NCBI GenBank assembly: GCA_963796185.1
Contig: CAWCKQ010000011.1
Coordinates: 26,765 to 90,764 of the forward strand
Reading direction: 5' to 3'
Length of the DNA stretch: 64,000 nt
DNA from: an uncultured Actinomycetota bacterium
GTDB lineage: Bacteria; Actinomycetota; Actinomycetes; Mycobacteriales; Mycobacteriaceae
The position numbers and the translations under genes were made by a program. Each line of letters starts with the position of its first letter. Position 1 is the first letter of the stretch. This document shows, piece by piece, positions 12,643 through 22,861 of this stretch. Below the pieces are notes generated by a model. The model did no database searches, was not told the origin of the DNA, and was given only the letters and a program-made list of their open reading frames with translations.

Positions 12643-13293
12643 CTAGGGTTTCGGGTCCAGCAGCTCACGCACCTCATCGTCGCCGACCTGATGGAAATCC
12701 TCGTAGACCTGCCCGACCGCTCCGAAGCGGGCGGGCGTCGTCGAGCACACCACGTCGTCGGCTTCGCGGGCCAACGCCCGGCACACCGATGCGGGACCCA
12801 CCGGAACCCCGACGACGACGTGGGCCGCGCCCGCCTGCCGCACCGAGCGCACGGCAGCGAGCATGCTCGCGCCGGTGGCGATGCCGTCGTCGACGAGGAT
12901 GACGGTGCGTCCGGCGACGTCGACAGGTCCGCGGCCGGCCCGGTAGGCCCGCTCACGGCGGTGCAGTTCGGCGGTCTCCCGGCTGATCGCATCGCGCACC
13001 TGTTCTTCGGTCACGTCCAGGCTGCGCAGCAGATCATCGTTGAGCACCACGCCGCCACCGGTGGCCACCGCGCCCATGGCGAGTTCCGGCCACTGCGGTA
13101 CCCCGAGTTTGCGCACCAGGCAGACATCGAGAGGTGCCTTCAGCAGCGCCGCCACCTCCGCGCCGATCGGCACGCCACCGCGAGCGAGGCCGAGCACCCG
13201 CACGTCGGCGCGGCCCTGGTACCGCATCAGGTCGCGCGCCAGCACTCGACCTGCCTCGCGGCGGTCCCGAAATGTTCGGTCGGTCTTGGTCAT
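12643..13293 (-). CDS. phosphoribosyltransferase family protein
   Basis: FRDRREAG, LGLARGGVP, VILVDDGIATGASM PRPP loop. Confidence 0.9.
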   Translation of the reverse strand: MTKTDRTFRDRREAGRVLARDLMRYQGRADVRVLGLARGGVPIGAEVAALLKAPLDVCLVRKLGVPQWPELAMGAVATGGGVVLNDDLLRSLDVTEEQVRDAISRETAELHRRERAYRAGRGPVDVAGRTVILVDDGIATGASMLAAVRSVRQAGAAHVVVGVPVGPASVCRALAREADDVVCSTTPARFGAVGQVYEDFHQVGDDEVRELLDPKP

Positions 13294-13407
13294 GGCACAG
13301 TCACGGCTCGCTGCTAGCAGTATCACTCCGCAACCGGCCGACGCGCAGTCGACCGGGGCAATCCGGTGCGTCGTCGGTGACGAATGCCTTCCCGAGCAAG
13401 GAGAGCC

Positions 13408-14760
13408 ATGAGCATCGAGTATCAGAGCACCGTCGACCATCCCGTCGGCAACGTCTGGGACTGGCACGCCCGCCCCGGGGCGATGCGCCGGCTCGTGCCG
13501 CCGTGGCAGCCGATGACCGTGATCGCCGAGGCCGACTCCCTGGCCGACGGGGTCGCGGTGTTGGGGCTGCCCGGCGGACTGCGCTGGGTGGCGCGACATG
13601 ATCCGGCCGAGTACGTGGCGGGCAGCCGGTTCGTCGACGAACTGTCCTCGGCGGGCCTCGCGTCGCTGGCCGCCCCGCGTCATCGGCGGATGGCGCCACA
13701 CCCACACGTTCGAGGGCGCCGGCGCCGGCACCCGGATGCATGACCGCGTCGACGCGGCGGTGCCCGCGGCGGCTGTTGCGGCCGATGTTCGTCTACCGGC
13801 ACCGCCAGGTGGCCGACGACCTGGCGGCGCATCGCCGGGCGGCCGACGCGGGCACCGGCCCGCTCGTCGTCGCGGTGACCGGCGCCTCGGGGCTGGTCGG
13901 TTCGGCACTGTGTGCGTTTCTGACCACCGGCGGCCATCGGGTCATCCGGCTGGTCCGCCGCCCCGCGCGGCACGAGGACGAACGCCGGTGGGAGCCCGAG
14001 GCGCCCGGCGCCGACCTGCTCGACGGCGTCGACGCGGTCGTACACCTGGCCGGCGAGTCCATCGCCGGCCGCTTCACCGAGGAACACCGAGGGCCATCCG
14101 CGACAGCCGCATCGAACCGACCCGGCTGCCGCCGCCGCCGCGGCGGCCACCGGGAACGGACCGAAGACCTTCGTCAGCGCGTCGGCCGTCGGCATACTAC
14201 GGATTCGACCGCGGCGACGTGACGCTGACCGAGGACAGCTCCCGCGGCGAGGGCTTCCTGGCCGAGGTGGTCACCGACTGGGAGGCGGCGACCGACGCCG
14301 GCCGCCGACGCGGGTCTGCGCGTCGTGCTCGTGCGGACCGGGATCGTCCAGGCCGCCGCGGGCGGCACGCTGCGTCTGCTCCGGCCGCTGTTTTCCGCCG
14401 GCCTGGGCGGCCGCATCGGCGACGGCAGGCAGTGGCTGTCCTGGATCGGGTTGGACGATCTGGTCGACATCTACTACCGGGCATTGTTCGACGATCGGCT
14501 CACCGGACCGGTCAATGCGGTCGGGCCGGAGCCGGTCCGCAATTCCGAGTACACCCGCCGGCTCGCGGGCGTGCTGCATCGGCCCGCTCTGCTGCCGGTC
14601 CCGTCGCTGGGTCCGCGGCTGCTACTGGGGCAGCAGGGCGCGCGTGAGCTCGCCGAGGCCAGCCAGCGGGTGGTACCGGCCAAGCTGGCGGCGCTCGGCC
14701 ACCCGTTCCGCCACCCCGACGTCGACCGACGCCCTGGCTCATCAGCTCGGCCGCGAATGA
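13408..14760 (+). CDS. TIGR01777 family NAD-dependent epimerase with N-terminal SRPBCC-like domain (frameshifted)
   Basis: WHARPGAMRRLVPPWQP; VAVTGASGLVGSAL; SWIGLDD; GPVNAV. Confidence 0.85.
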
Positions 14761-14773
14761 CCCGCCACGTGGG

Positions 14774-15474
14774 TCAGGAACCCGCCCACCAGAGCGCGGA
14801 TCCGGGGCCGCGACATCGTCGGCGAATTGGGTTGTGCGGGTGAGTAACTCGCTCGTGGTCGAGCCCGGCGGCGGCGGCATCACCGTCGCGGTCGTCGGCC
14901 AGCCACACCTTGAGCAGATCGGTGTCGACCTCCGGGTGGAACTGCAGCGCCAGGGTGCGTCCGAGCACGAACGCCTGAGAGCGAATTCGGGGTCCGGGCC
15001 AGCTCCGTCGCCCCGGGCGGCAGCGTCCACCGGTCGAAATGCCACTGGAACCAGGGCCCGCCGGGCAACGAGGTCGGGGCGCTCGGTCATCACGTCGTAC
15101 CAGCCGATCTCCGGGCGTCGGCGAGCGCGCCACGGTGCCGCCGAACGTCTGTGCCAGCAGCTGACCGCCGAAACACACTCCCAGCAGCGCGATCCCCGGC
15201 GGCGGCCGCGCCGCGCAGCATCTCCATCTCAGCGCCGACCCAGGTGCCGCGAAGCGCCGGGTCGTACACCGGCCAGCGCGCCCCCAGCGGCACGATGACG
15301 TCGTAGCCGCCCGGATCGGGGAACGTCACGTCGTCCGCTGGCTGGTCGGCACGCGTTCGGGGGCGACGACCTCGAACGTCTCGACGTCGAAGCCCCGCTC
15401 GGCGAACGCGTCGCCGAGCAGCGCTTCGGTCGCGAGGGGTCGTTGCGCAGAAACAGGACCTTGGCTGCCACCAC
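14774..15474 (-). CDS. type 1 glutamine amidotransferase (frameshifted)
   Basis: LGVCFGGQLLA nucleophile elbow, WFQWHFD, ALQFHPE. Confidence 0.8.
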
Positions 15475-15478
15475 GCCA

Positions 15479-16712
15479 TTATCTCGGTGGCGGCATCGGC
15501 GGCGCATCATCGGGGGCCACCTCCGCGCCGATCGCGCGGAACAGCGCCTCGGCTTCGTTGCGGTAGTCGCCGTCGGGATCGAACGCTTCGGGGCCGAAGG
15601 TGGTCGGCGACGGCGATCGCGATCTTCGCGCCGGCAGGTAGGCCTCGACCGCGGCGTATCCGGCGAACATCGGGTTCTGCAGCAGCCAGTCCCCGGAGAT
15701 GACCATGCCCGAGGCCGTAGGTGTAGCCGTCGGTCATCTCCGCGCAGGTCGGGCAGCCGGGCTGGGTGCGGGTGTGGCCGCGCAGGCCGGTGGACACCAT
15801 CTGGCGGTAGGACTCCGGGCGCAGCAGCCGCCCGGAGCCGATGCCGACCGCGGTGGCCTCCAGGTCGCCGATGTTCGTCGTCTGGATCGCGCCGTGGGTG
15901 ATCGTCCAGGACGGATTCCAGAACGTCGACTCCTCGTAGAACGGTGTGCCGGCGGGAATGTGCAGCGCCGCACGGCGCTCGGAGGTGAACGCGTGCAGGG
16001 CGGGCGGCGGGATGTCCGCGGTGGACGAGGGACGGTGTCGGTCGAGTCCGAGCGGGCGCAGCACCCGCTCTGCGAGCAGATCCGCCATCGGGCGGCCGGT
16101 GGCCTTCTCGAGCGCCAGGCCGAGCAGCACGTAGTTGGTGTGCGCGTAGTTCCAGTTGGTCCCCGGCTCGTAGAGCAGCGGCTGCGAGACGGCGAAGCCG
16201 AGCAAGTCGTCGGTGGTCCAGTCGCGGAACGGGTCGGCGTAGAGGGCATCGTTCATCGCGGTGTTGCCGATCACGTAGTCGGCGTAGCCCGAGGTCATCT
16301 GGGCCAGCTGGCGTAGCGTGACGCGGTCCGCGTGCGGTACCTCGGGCAGCCATCTGGACAGTCTGTCTTCGAGGCCGACCGTGCCGTCCTCGACGAGTTG
16401 GAGCAGCAGCGTCGACACGTAGGAGATCGCGACCGCGCCGTTGCGGAAGTGCATTTCCGTCGTCGCCGGAACCCCGGTCATCGATTCGCCGACCGCGCCG
16501 GTGAGGACCTCTTCGCCGTCGATGGTGACCCGCACGATCACGGCCCGCAGATGCGCCGTGGCCATCGTCGCGCGTACGATGGCCATCACGGTCACGGCCT
16601 CGGCCGAATAACTCTGTGCCACCGTCGATTCCGTCGATGGCGGGGTCCGCGCGCAGGCCCCCAGCACGAGCAGTGGCAGGACTGCGACGGCAAGGCGTCG
16701 CGCGGCGCGCAT
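15479..16712 (-). CDS. beta-lactamase family serine hydrolase-like lipoprotein (frameshifted)
   Basis: Lipobox LVLGAC; HFRNGAVAIS, VTLRQLAQMTSG, WNYAHTNYVLLG. Confidence 0.8.
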
Positions 16713-16759
16713 GCCCCGCATCATCCCGCGCCGGGCGGGCGCAGCAGGCCGAACGGGGA

Positions 16760-17161
16760 TTACTCGCCGGCGGTGTAGACGCCGAGCAGGTCGCGGGCCG
16801 AGACCACCCCGGCCAGCACACCGTCGCGCTTGATGAGGACGTGCCGGATGTAGTGCTCCATCATGGTCAGCGCCACCTGGTCGACCGTATCGTCGGCGCC
16901 GGCCCACACCAGCTTGGTGCTGGCCACCTCGAGTGCGGCCACATCGGCCGGGTCACGGCCCGCGGCCACCACGCGCACGACGTCGCGCTCACTCAGTACC
17001 GCCGCCGGTGTGTCGCCGTCGCCGAGCACGATCATGCCGACGTCATGGGCGACGAGGGCGCGCGCCGCGTCCGCCACGGTCGCGTCGGCGGCCAGACGTG
17101 CAACGGGGTCACCGGTGACGGTGGAGACCGGGATGGAGCCGATCGATCGAATGCTGGTCAT
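16760..17161 (-). CDS. CBS domain protein
   Basis: Tandem CBS pair: LSERDVVR, IRHVLI, GVVSARDLL. Confidence 0.85.
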   Translation of the reverse strand: MTSIRSIGSIPVSTVTGDPVARLAADATVADAARALVAHDVGMIVLGDGDTPAAVLSERDVVRVVAAGRDPADVAALEVASTKLVWAGADDTVDQVALTMMEHYIRHVLIKRDGVLAGVVSARDLLGVYTAGE

Positions 17162-17706
17162 CAGCCCATGGTGATGTGGTCCACGATGCGGCTCTAGTGA
17201 CCTCCGTCCTCAGTTGCGCGGCAGTGGTCCTTCGGACGACCCCGAGCGGCGGCCCAAAAGTTAGCCGATCTATTGCGAGTCAAGATTTTTGAATTTGCCC
17301 GAGATGGCTCTCCCGAATTGTCGGTGGGGCCGGTCCGACAGCGCCATCGTGATGTCTGATTTTTCGACGTGAGGTCATTGACGGTGTACCGATTGGACAT
17401 GCGTTGCGTCGCGTGGACGGTCTGCGCGCGGATGTGTCGGCGATTCGCTGACACGCTCCGTGGGCCGAGTTCAAGGAGCGTTGATCTGTGTGGATGCGCC
17501 ATGTCGTGTCGCAGTTGAATTTGCTTAGAAAGCCGATGCAAGCCCTCGACCTCGGCGTCAGCGGGGCGCATTGCAGTGATGTTGACGACATCACGTCGCT
17601 GGTGTTTCATGGCTTTTCACCTTCGTAAATTTCGTTGCTCGGCCTGGATGAGATGGGCCGCATCGCGGAAATCAGTTCCGCGTGAATGGACAGGAGTGCG
17701 TTGCTG

Positions 17707-19090
17707 ATGGGCTACGGACGATTCATTGGTCGTGTTGGTGCGTTAGCTGTTGCGCTCGGCGTGGGGTTGACGGTTCCCGCCGTCGCCGCCGCCGAACCCG
17801 GTGAAGACAGCTCAGCGGGTGGGGCGCGTTCGGAGACCACGGACACCCAGGAGACGCGCACCGCGAGCACCCGCGACACGCCTGCGGCCGAGTCGGCGCC
17901 GACGGATACCGACAGCCGCGACGACACCGACGACGGCGGGGACGGCGAGGACGTCACGGCGGAGTTCGACGACCCCGGCCCAAACGATCCAGGCGGTGAC
18001 ACCGCCGACCAGGACACCGCCGACCAGGACGACGCCGAGAGCCCCGATGACGTCGAGAGTCCCGATGACGTCGAGACCGCCGGTTCGTCGGCGGAACCGG
18101 ACAGCGGTGCCGAGCCGGTGCGGCAGGCAGCCGTCACCGAACGGCCCACCAGCGGCCCGCTAACCGCCGTCACGCCCACCGAGTCCGTCGAACCGTCAAA
18201 CCTTGACAGCGGCGACGTGACCGGCAGCGACGACGTCGACGTGGCGTCGGCCGCGCGGCACATCGAGCAGCCCGACCCCGCACCGGCCGTCGACCCGGCG
18301 CCGGCCTCAGGTGGTGGCGATCGGGCGACCGCTGCGGTGACCGGTTACTCCGCGCTCGCGCCCTCCGCCGCGGCGCACCCGGCCCCGGCGAGAGTCGTGT
18401 CGAAGTTCTTCGCGCTGCTCGGCATCGGGTCATCGGCCGGCGGCGGAGGCGGCGCGCAGCTGCCATCCATCGAATTCGTGACCGCAGCGTTGGCACCGTT
18501 CCGTCGCGAGATCGACCGGCTCTTCACCAACCATGGACCCACGGCCGCCGTGACGCTGGCCGGCCAATCGGACCCCGATGTCGTCACCGGCTCGCTGAAT
18601 GCCGTTGATCCGAAGGGTGACCGGTTGTCCTATCGCGTCGTTCGACGGCCGTCGCAGGGCACCGTCGTCATCGACGCCGACGGGCACTTCAGCTACACCG
18701 CCGACCCGCGGCCGGCTGGTGCCGGAGTCGCCGACGACTTCGTGATCCAGGTGGGGGACAACAGCTTTCGGATGATGTCGACGGGCGCCAGGTCGGTCCG
18801 GGTCCCCGTGAGCGTGACCCTCGACGGCGCGCAGTCGGCGGGCCAGCCGCTGACCGCCGCAGCGCTCACCGCAGCCACGGGCACCATTCATCAGGTCACC
18901 ACGGCCGGGCCCGACATCACCGGATTCGACCCCGCCCGAGACAAACTCGACCTCGGGGACGTCTCGGTGCACAACTTCATCGTGGTCGACACCCCCGAGG
19001 GCGTGGGATTCCGCAACCCGTGGTCGGGTGAGACGGCGATCGTGGCGGGCGTGTCCTTGGGACAGCTCACCGTGGACAGCTTCACGCCGC
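17707..19090 (+). pseudogene. secreted Ig-like/cadherin-like domain protein, C-terminally truncated
   Basis: Mycobacterial signal IGRVGALAVALGVG, acidic linker, Ig-like DPKGDRLSY...GTVVIDADGHFSYT; a further domain (GFDPARDKLDLG...) breaks off at DSFTP. Confidence 0.65.
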
Positions 19091-19800
19091 CGTGGATCTG
19101 CGTGGTCAGGGCCGGTCAACTCGCACGCCGCATCGCTACACGCTCGACAACATCGGCAATGACCTGGTCCGCTTTCTGGGCGAGGTGATCGGCCGCCCGG
19201 CCTACGTCAGCGGCCTGTCCTCAGGCGGGCTGCTCAGCGCCTGGCTGTCGGCGTTCGCCGAACCGGATCAGGTCGTCGCGGCATGCTGGGAGGACCCGCC
19301 GTTCTTCAGTTCCGAGACCGCGCCCGAGGTCGGCCCCGGCATCATGGCCGGCACCTGATCTCGGCCCACAGTGGAGCATCGGTGACTGGGACGGCATGGT
19401 CGCCGCCGCGCCGCGCGAGCTCGACGGATGGCGGGCGCACGTGGCCTTGGCGGCCGGTGCCGACGCGCCGCCCCAGAATCTGCGCGAGTACGACCCGGAA
19501 TGGGGAAAAGCCTTCGTCACAGGCTCTTTCGCGGCCAGCTGCCCACACCACGTGATGCTCGCCCACGTCAAGGTGCCCGCGCTGTACACCCATCATTTCC
19601 GCACGATCGACGAGCCGACCGGCGCGCTGATCGGCGCTTGCACCGACGCACAGGCGCAGCGCGTCACACAGCTGGTCGCCGACACCGGGCATCCGGTGAG
19701 CTACCGGTCATTCCCGACCATGGGGCACTCGATGCACGGGCAAGACCCTCAGTTGTTCGCCGACACCCTGCTCGACTGGTTCTCCGGGTTCCCGGCCTGA
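19089..19800 (+). pseudogene. alpha/beta hydrolase remnant lacking its N-terminus
   Basis: Starts at AVDLRGQGRS; GLSSGG nucleophile motif; GHSMH; no start codon or RBS; second break near 19355. Confidence 0.7.
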
Positions 19801-20915
19801 CGGGGCGCGGCGCTGAACGCCGCAGCCACACACAGCACGGCGATGCCGAAGCACGCCAGCGTGTACCAGAGGCTGCCGGTCGGATCGCCGGCGGCCGTCA
19901 GACCGTCGACGGCCGTGAGATATGCCGGTAGGGAAGCGCCCCACAGTCCGGCCATCACCACGAGGTAGACCACCGCGTATCCGAGCATCAGCGGGTTGAC
20001 CGAGCCTGCTGCGGTCGCTGGTTCGCTGCGGCACCGTCGCCACTGCATGACGAGCGCCGGAACCGCCACCACGGAGACGACGACGAGTTCGGCGGCGTAC
20101 ACGACGCCCGCCACCGTCGTGCTGCCCGATACCGTCCCCGCCACCGTCGCGGGCAGCGGCAGAACCGCGGTTCCGATCGACGCCAGCACGCCCACCACGA
20201 CGGTGCGCAGCACCACCTGCGTACCCGAGAAGGTCCGGCCGCCGGCGGAATCGTCGACGTGGCGCCCGACGAAGAACTGCACGCACAATGCCAGCGACAT
20301 CGGCCACAGCGCGGCGAACACCACGACACTGGGCAGCGGCACGGAGGCGAAGAACGGCTGGTTCATCGGATGGTCGAGAGTCCAATCCCACCACCGCAAT
20401 TGCGGGCCCAGGTGGTCGAAGATCTCGTAAAAGGCATGGTGGACGAACCCGACGCAGACGGCGCCGACGACCGTCCCGTAGCGTCGGAACACGCCGAGTC
20501 CGCGGACGATCTCGAAGGCCACGGTCGCCATCATCGGGTAGATCGCGACGATGTAGAGCGGCAGGCGCCCCCACAGGAAGTCGACGGTGAACACGTTGTG
20601 GGCGAACATCGTGTCGACGTGTTCGGCGATACCGAAGGCGCCGGGGAAGTACAGCGGTGGCTCGATGATCAGTAGATAGGCGATCGCGCCGAACCACAGC
20701 ACGATGTTGGTCGGGTCATTGTGCCGGCGCAGCCGGTAAATCGCGTAGCCGAGCGCCAGCGCGGCGCCGACGATGACCGTCAGTTCCAGCACCGGAAGCG
20801 TCCAGTTCTGCAGGGCGAACGGGTTCCGCAACTCGACGAGTCCACCCGCGGTGTCGCAGGAGAAGCCGAGCCGCGCGGCGAGGTCGGCGAATGTCGGCGT
20901 GCACAGTTCAGACAT
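19749..20915 (-). CDS. uncharacterised multi-pass membrane protein (DUF7802-like)
   Basis: 388 aa, many hydrophobic segments, YEIFDHLGPQLRWW; ATGA-type coupling region with upstream gene. Confidence 0.75.
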   Translation of the reverse strand: MSELCTPTFADLAARLGFSCDTAGGLVELRNPFALQNWTLPVLELTVIVGAALALGYAIYRLRRHNDPTNIVLWFGAIAYLLIIEPPLYFPGAFGIAEHVDTMFAHNVFTVDFLWGRLPLYIVAIYPMMATVAFEIVRGLGVFRRYGTVVGAVCVGFVHHAFYEIFDHLGPQLRWWDWTLDHPMNQPFFASVPLPSVVVFAALWPMSLALCVQFFVGRHVDDSAGGRTFSGTQVVLRTVVVGVLASIGTAVLPLPATVAGTVSGSTTVAGVVYAAELVVVSVVAVPALVMQWRRCRSEPATAAGSVNPLMLGYAVVYLVVMAGLWGASLPAYLTAVDGLTAAGDPTGSLWYTLACFGIAVLCVAAAFSAAPRQAGNPENQSSRVSANN

Positions 20916-21843
20916 CGGCGGTCTCGCTCTCCTTGGTGCTGTACCACTGCGTCACGTCGTCACCGGCGCCATACCGGTCGAACCATTCCTGCGCCAGTGC
21001 CGGCAGCCGCTCGTGGGCAGGGTCGTGGCCCGGGATCTGGCTGCGCACGACCCCCGACATCGCCACCAGCTGCTCACGCAGCGGCAGGTGGCTGAACGCG
21101 TTGGCGAACGGCCCGTCATACGCCGCGTTGACGAACGGAAGCCGTTGCAGCAGAGCCTTCTTGCGCCGGTGGATGCGGAACGTCGACATCGCGTCCACCT
21201 TGCGATCGGCCAGCGGAACGTAGGTGTTGAAGTCCTCGCCGGCCAGCCGGATGATGCCCATGACGTGCTTGAAGATCGACGGTGCCATCCGCATTCGGTA
21301 CCACGGGTCATCGATCACCGCGTCGTAGATGGTCAGCGCCGAGCTGCGGTGTTCGACCTCTTCGACGAAGTGCCACAGAAACAGTGAGGCGACCCGGTCG
21401 TCGCCGGGGGCGAACAGTGTGTCGTCGTGGTCGAGCATCAGCTTGAACACCGGGGTGAAGGTGGCCTCCAGATCTGCGGTGTAGGCGAGCCGATACTCGA
21501 GCGGCGTGGTCCGGGTCAGCTCGTCGTAGGCGGCGACGACCTTGTCGAGGGTGTTCTTCAGTTCCGGGTACGCCCTGATCAGTCCCTTGGCGTGCTGGCG
21601 GTGGGCCATCGAGTGCTGACCCTCCTGGCGGACGAACGCGTCGGCCTCCTCGGCGACAGCCGGGTCATCGATGTAGGGCATGGCCTCCGGGATCATGCTG
21701 CCGATCATCTTCTCGAAGCCGATCGCCAGGAACGACACCGCGTTGGCCATCGACGAGAACGCGGGATTGGCCGCGTTCCACAGGAACGGCACGTCATGGC
21801 TGGCGAAGGCGAAGCGCAGCTTACGCACGATCAGATCGGTCAT
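20908..21843 (-). CDS. predicted metal-dependent hydrolase (ferritin-like, two EXXH motifs)
   Basis: FVRQEGQHSMAH and WHFVEEVEHRS. Confidence 0.85.
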   Translation of the reverse strand: MTDLIVRKLRFAFASHDVPFLWNAANPAFSSMANAVSFLAIGFEKMIGSMIPEAMPYIDDPAVAEEADAFVRQEGQHSMAHRQHAKGLIRAYPELKNTLDKVVAAYDELTRTTPLEYRLAYTADLEATFTPVFKLMLDHDDTLFAPGDDRVASLFLWHFVEEVEHRSSALTIYDAVIDDPWYRMRMAPSIFKHVMGIIRLAGEDFNTYVPLADRKVDAMSTFRIHRRKKALLQRLPFVNAAYDGPFANAFSHLPLREQLVAMSGVVRSQIPGHDPAHERLPALAQEWFDRYGAGDDVTQWYSTKESETADV

Positions 21844-21863
21844 GGCGGGGCTCCTCGAAGGTC

Positions 21864-21893
21864 ATCATACAATCAGGATGTTCTCTGTATGAT
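21864..21893. promoter_or_regulatory. palindromic operator between the divergent hydrolase and TetR genes
   Basis: ATCATACA-N14-TGTATGAT with perfect 8-bp arms. Confidence 0.7.
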
Positions 21894-21942
21894 TACTCGG
21901 TCGGGATGCTGGCGTCAACGGCCGTGTTACGGTCGGCGCACG

Positions 21943-22569
21943 ATGGCACGCAAACGCCGTGGTTGGGGTGGTGATCCGCCGGCCACCGACGAGGACGCCG
22001 CGCAGCGCATCGTCGCCGCGGCCGTCGAGCGCATCGCCGAAACCGGTGCGGCCATCACGATCGCCGATGTCGCGGAATCGCTCGGCGTGATCCGGCAGAC
22101 GGTGTACCGCTACTTTCCGACCGCCGACGATCTCATGCGCGCAGCCGGAATCGCCTCGGTCGACGGCTTTCTCGACCAACTCGCCGAACATGTGCGCGGC
22201 ATCGGCGACCCGGCCGACGCGATGACCGAGGGCGTGCTGTTCACCCTCGATGCCGTGGCGCGCATCCCGCACCTGGCGCTGCTGCTGTCCGCACCGAGTC
22301 CGGCGGCTTCGCCCAGCGAGGTGACTTCCGCACTGGCGCAGGACTTCGGCATGCGGATGATCACCCGCTTCGACGTGGACTGGGCGCAGTACGGATACGA
22401 CGACGCTGCGTTGCGTGACCTTGTCGAGTTCACCCTCCGGACCATGCTGTCGTTCTTCGTCGCGCCGAACGACCCGGCCCGCTCACCGCAGGAGTTGCGC
22501 CGCTTCCTCCGACGCTGGCTGGGCGGAGCGATCCTGGCTCAGACCGCGCGCACCGACCTCAGAGCGTGA
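21943..22569 (+). CDS. TetR family transcriptional regulator
   Basis: TIADVAESLGVIRQTVYRYF HTH. Confidence 0.92.
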   Translation: MARKRRGWGGDPPATDEDAAQRIVAAAVERIAETGAAITIADVAESLGVIRQTVYRYFPTADDLMRAAGIASVDGFLDQLAEHVRGIGDPADAMTEGVLFTLDAVARIPHLALLLSAPSPAASPSEVTSALAQDFGMRMITRFDVDWAQYGYDDAALRDLVEFTLRTMLSFFVAPNDPARSPQELRRFLRRWLGGAILAQTARTDLRA

Positions 22570-22861
22570 CGCGGATGGTGCCGTCCACCGTCTCGACCCG
22601 ATAGCTACGCACCGACAGGTCGGCACCGGAAACCTCGCTGCCCGTTGCCATGTCGAAGGTGTGCCCGTGCAACGGGCAGACCACCACACAGTCGTCGGCC
22701 AAGCCGTCGGCCAGCGGTCCACCGCGGTGCGGGCAGACCGCGTCGATCGCCCGCAGCGAACCGTCCCGCAGCCGGAACACCGCGATCTGGGTTCCGTCGA
22801 TCGCGAATGTGCGGCCCTCGCCGACCGGGACCTCGTCGACGCCGCCGATGTCGATGCTCAC
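22559..22861 (-). CDS. nirD: Rieske 2Fe-2S nitrite reductase small subunit
   Basis: CPHRGGPL and CPLHG; GTGA overlap with nirB. Confidence 0.85.
   Translation of the reverse strand: MSIDIGGVDEVPVGEGRTFAIDGTQIAVFRLRDGSLRAIDAVCPHRGGPLADGLADDCVVVCPLHGHTFDMATGSEVSGADLSVRSYRVETVDGTIRVTL

Noticed and set aside
17998-18076. 15- and 18-bp tandem repeats in the secreted protein gene
   Set aside because: In-frame low-complexity acidic linker (DTADQ, ESPDDV), common in this protein class
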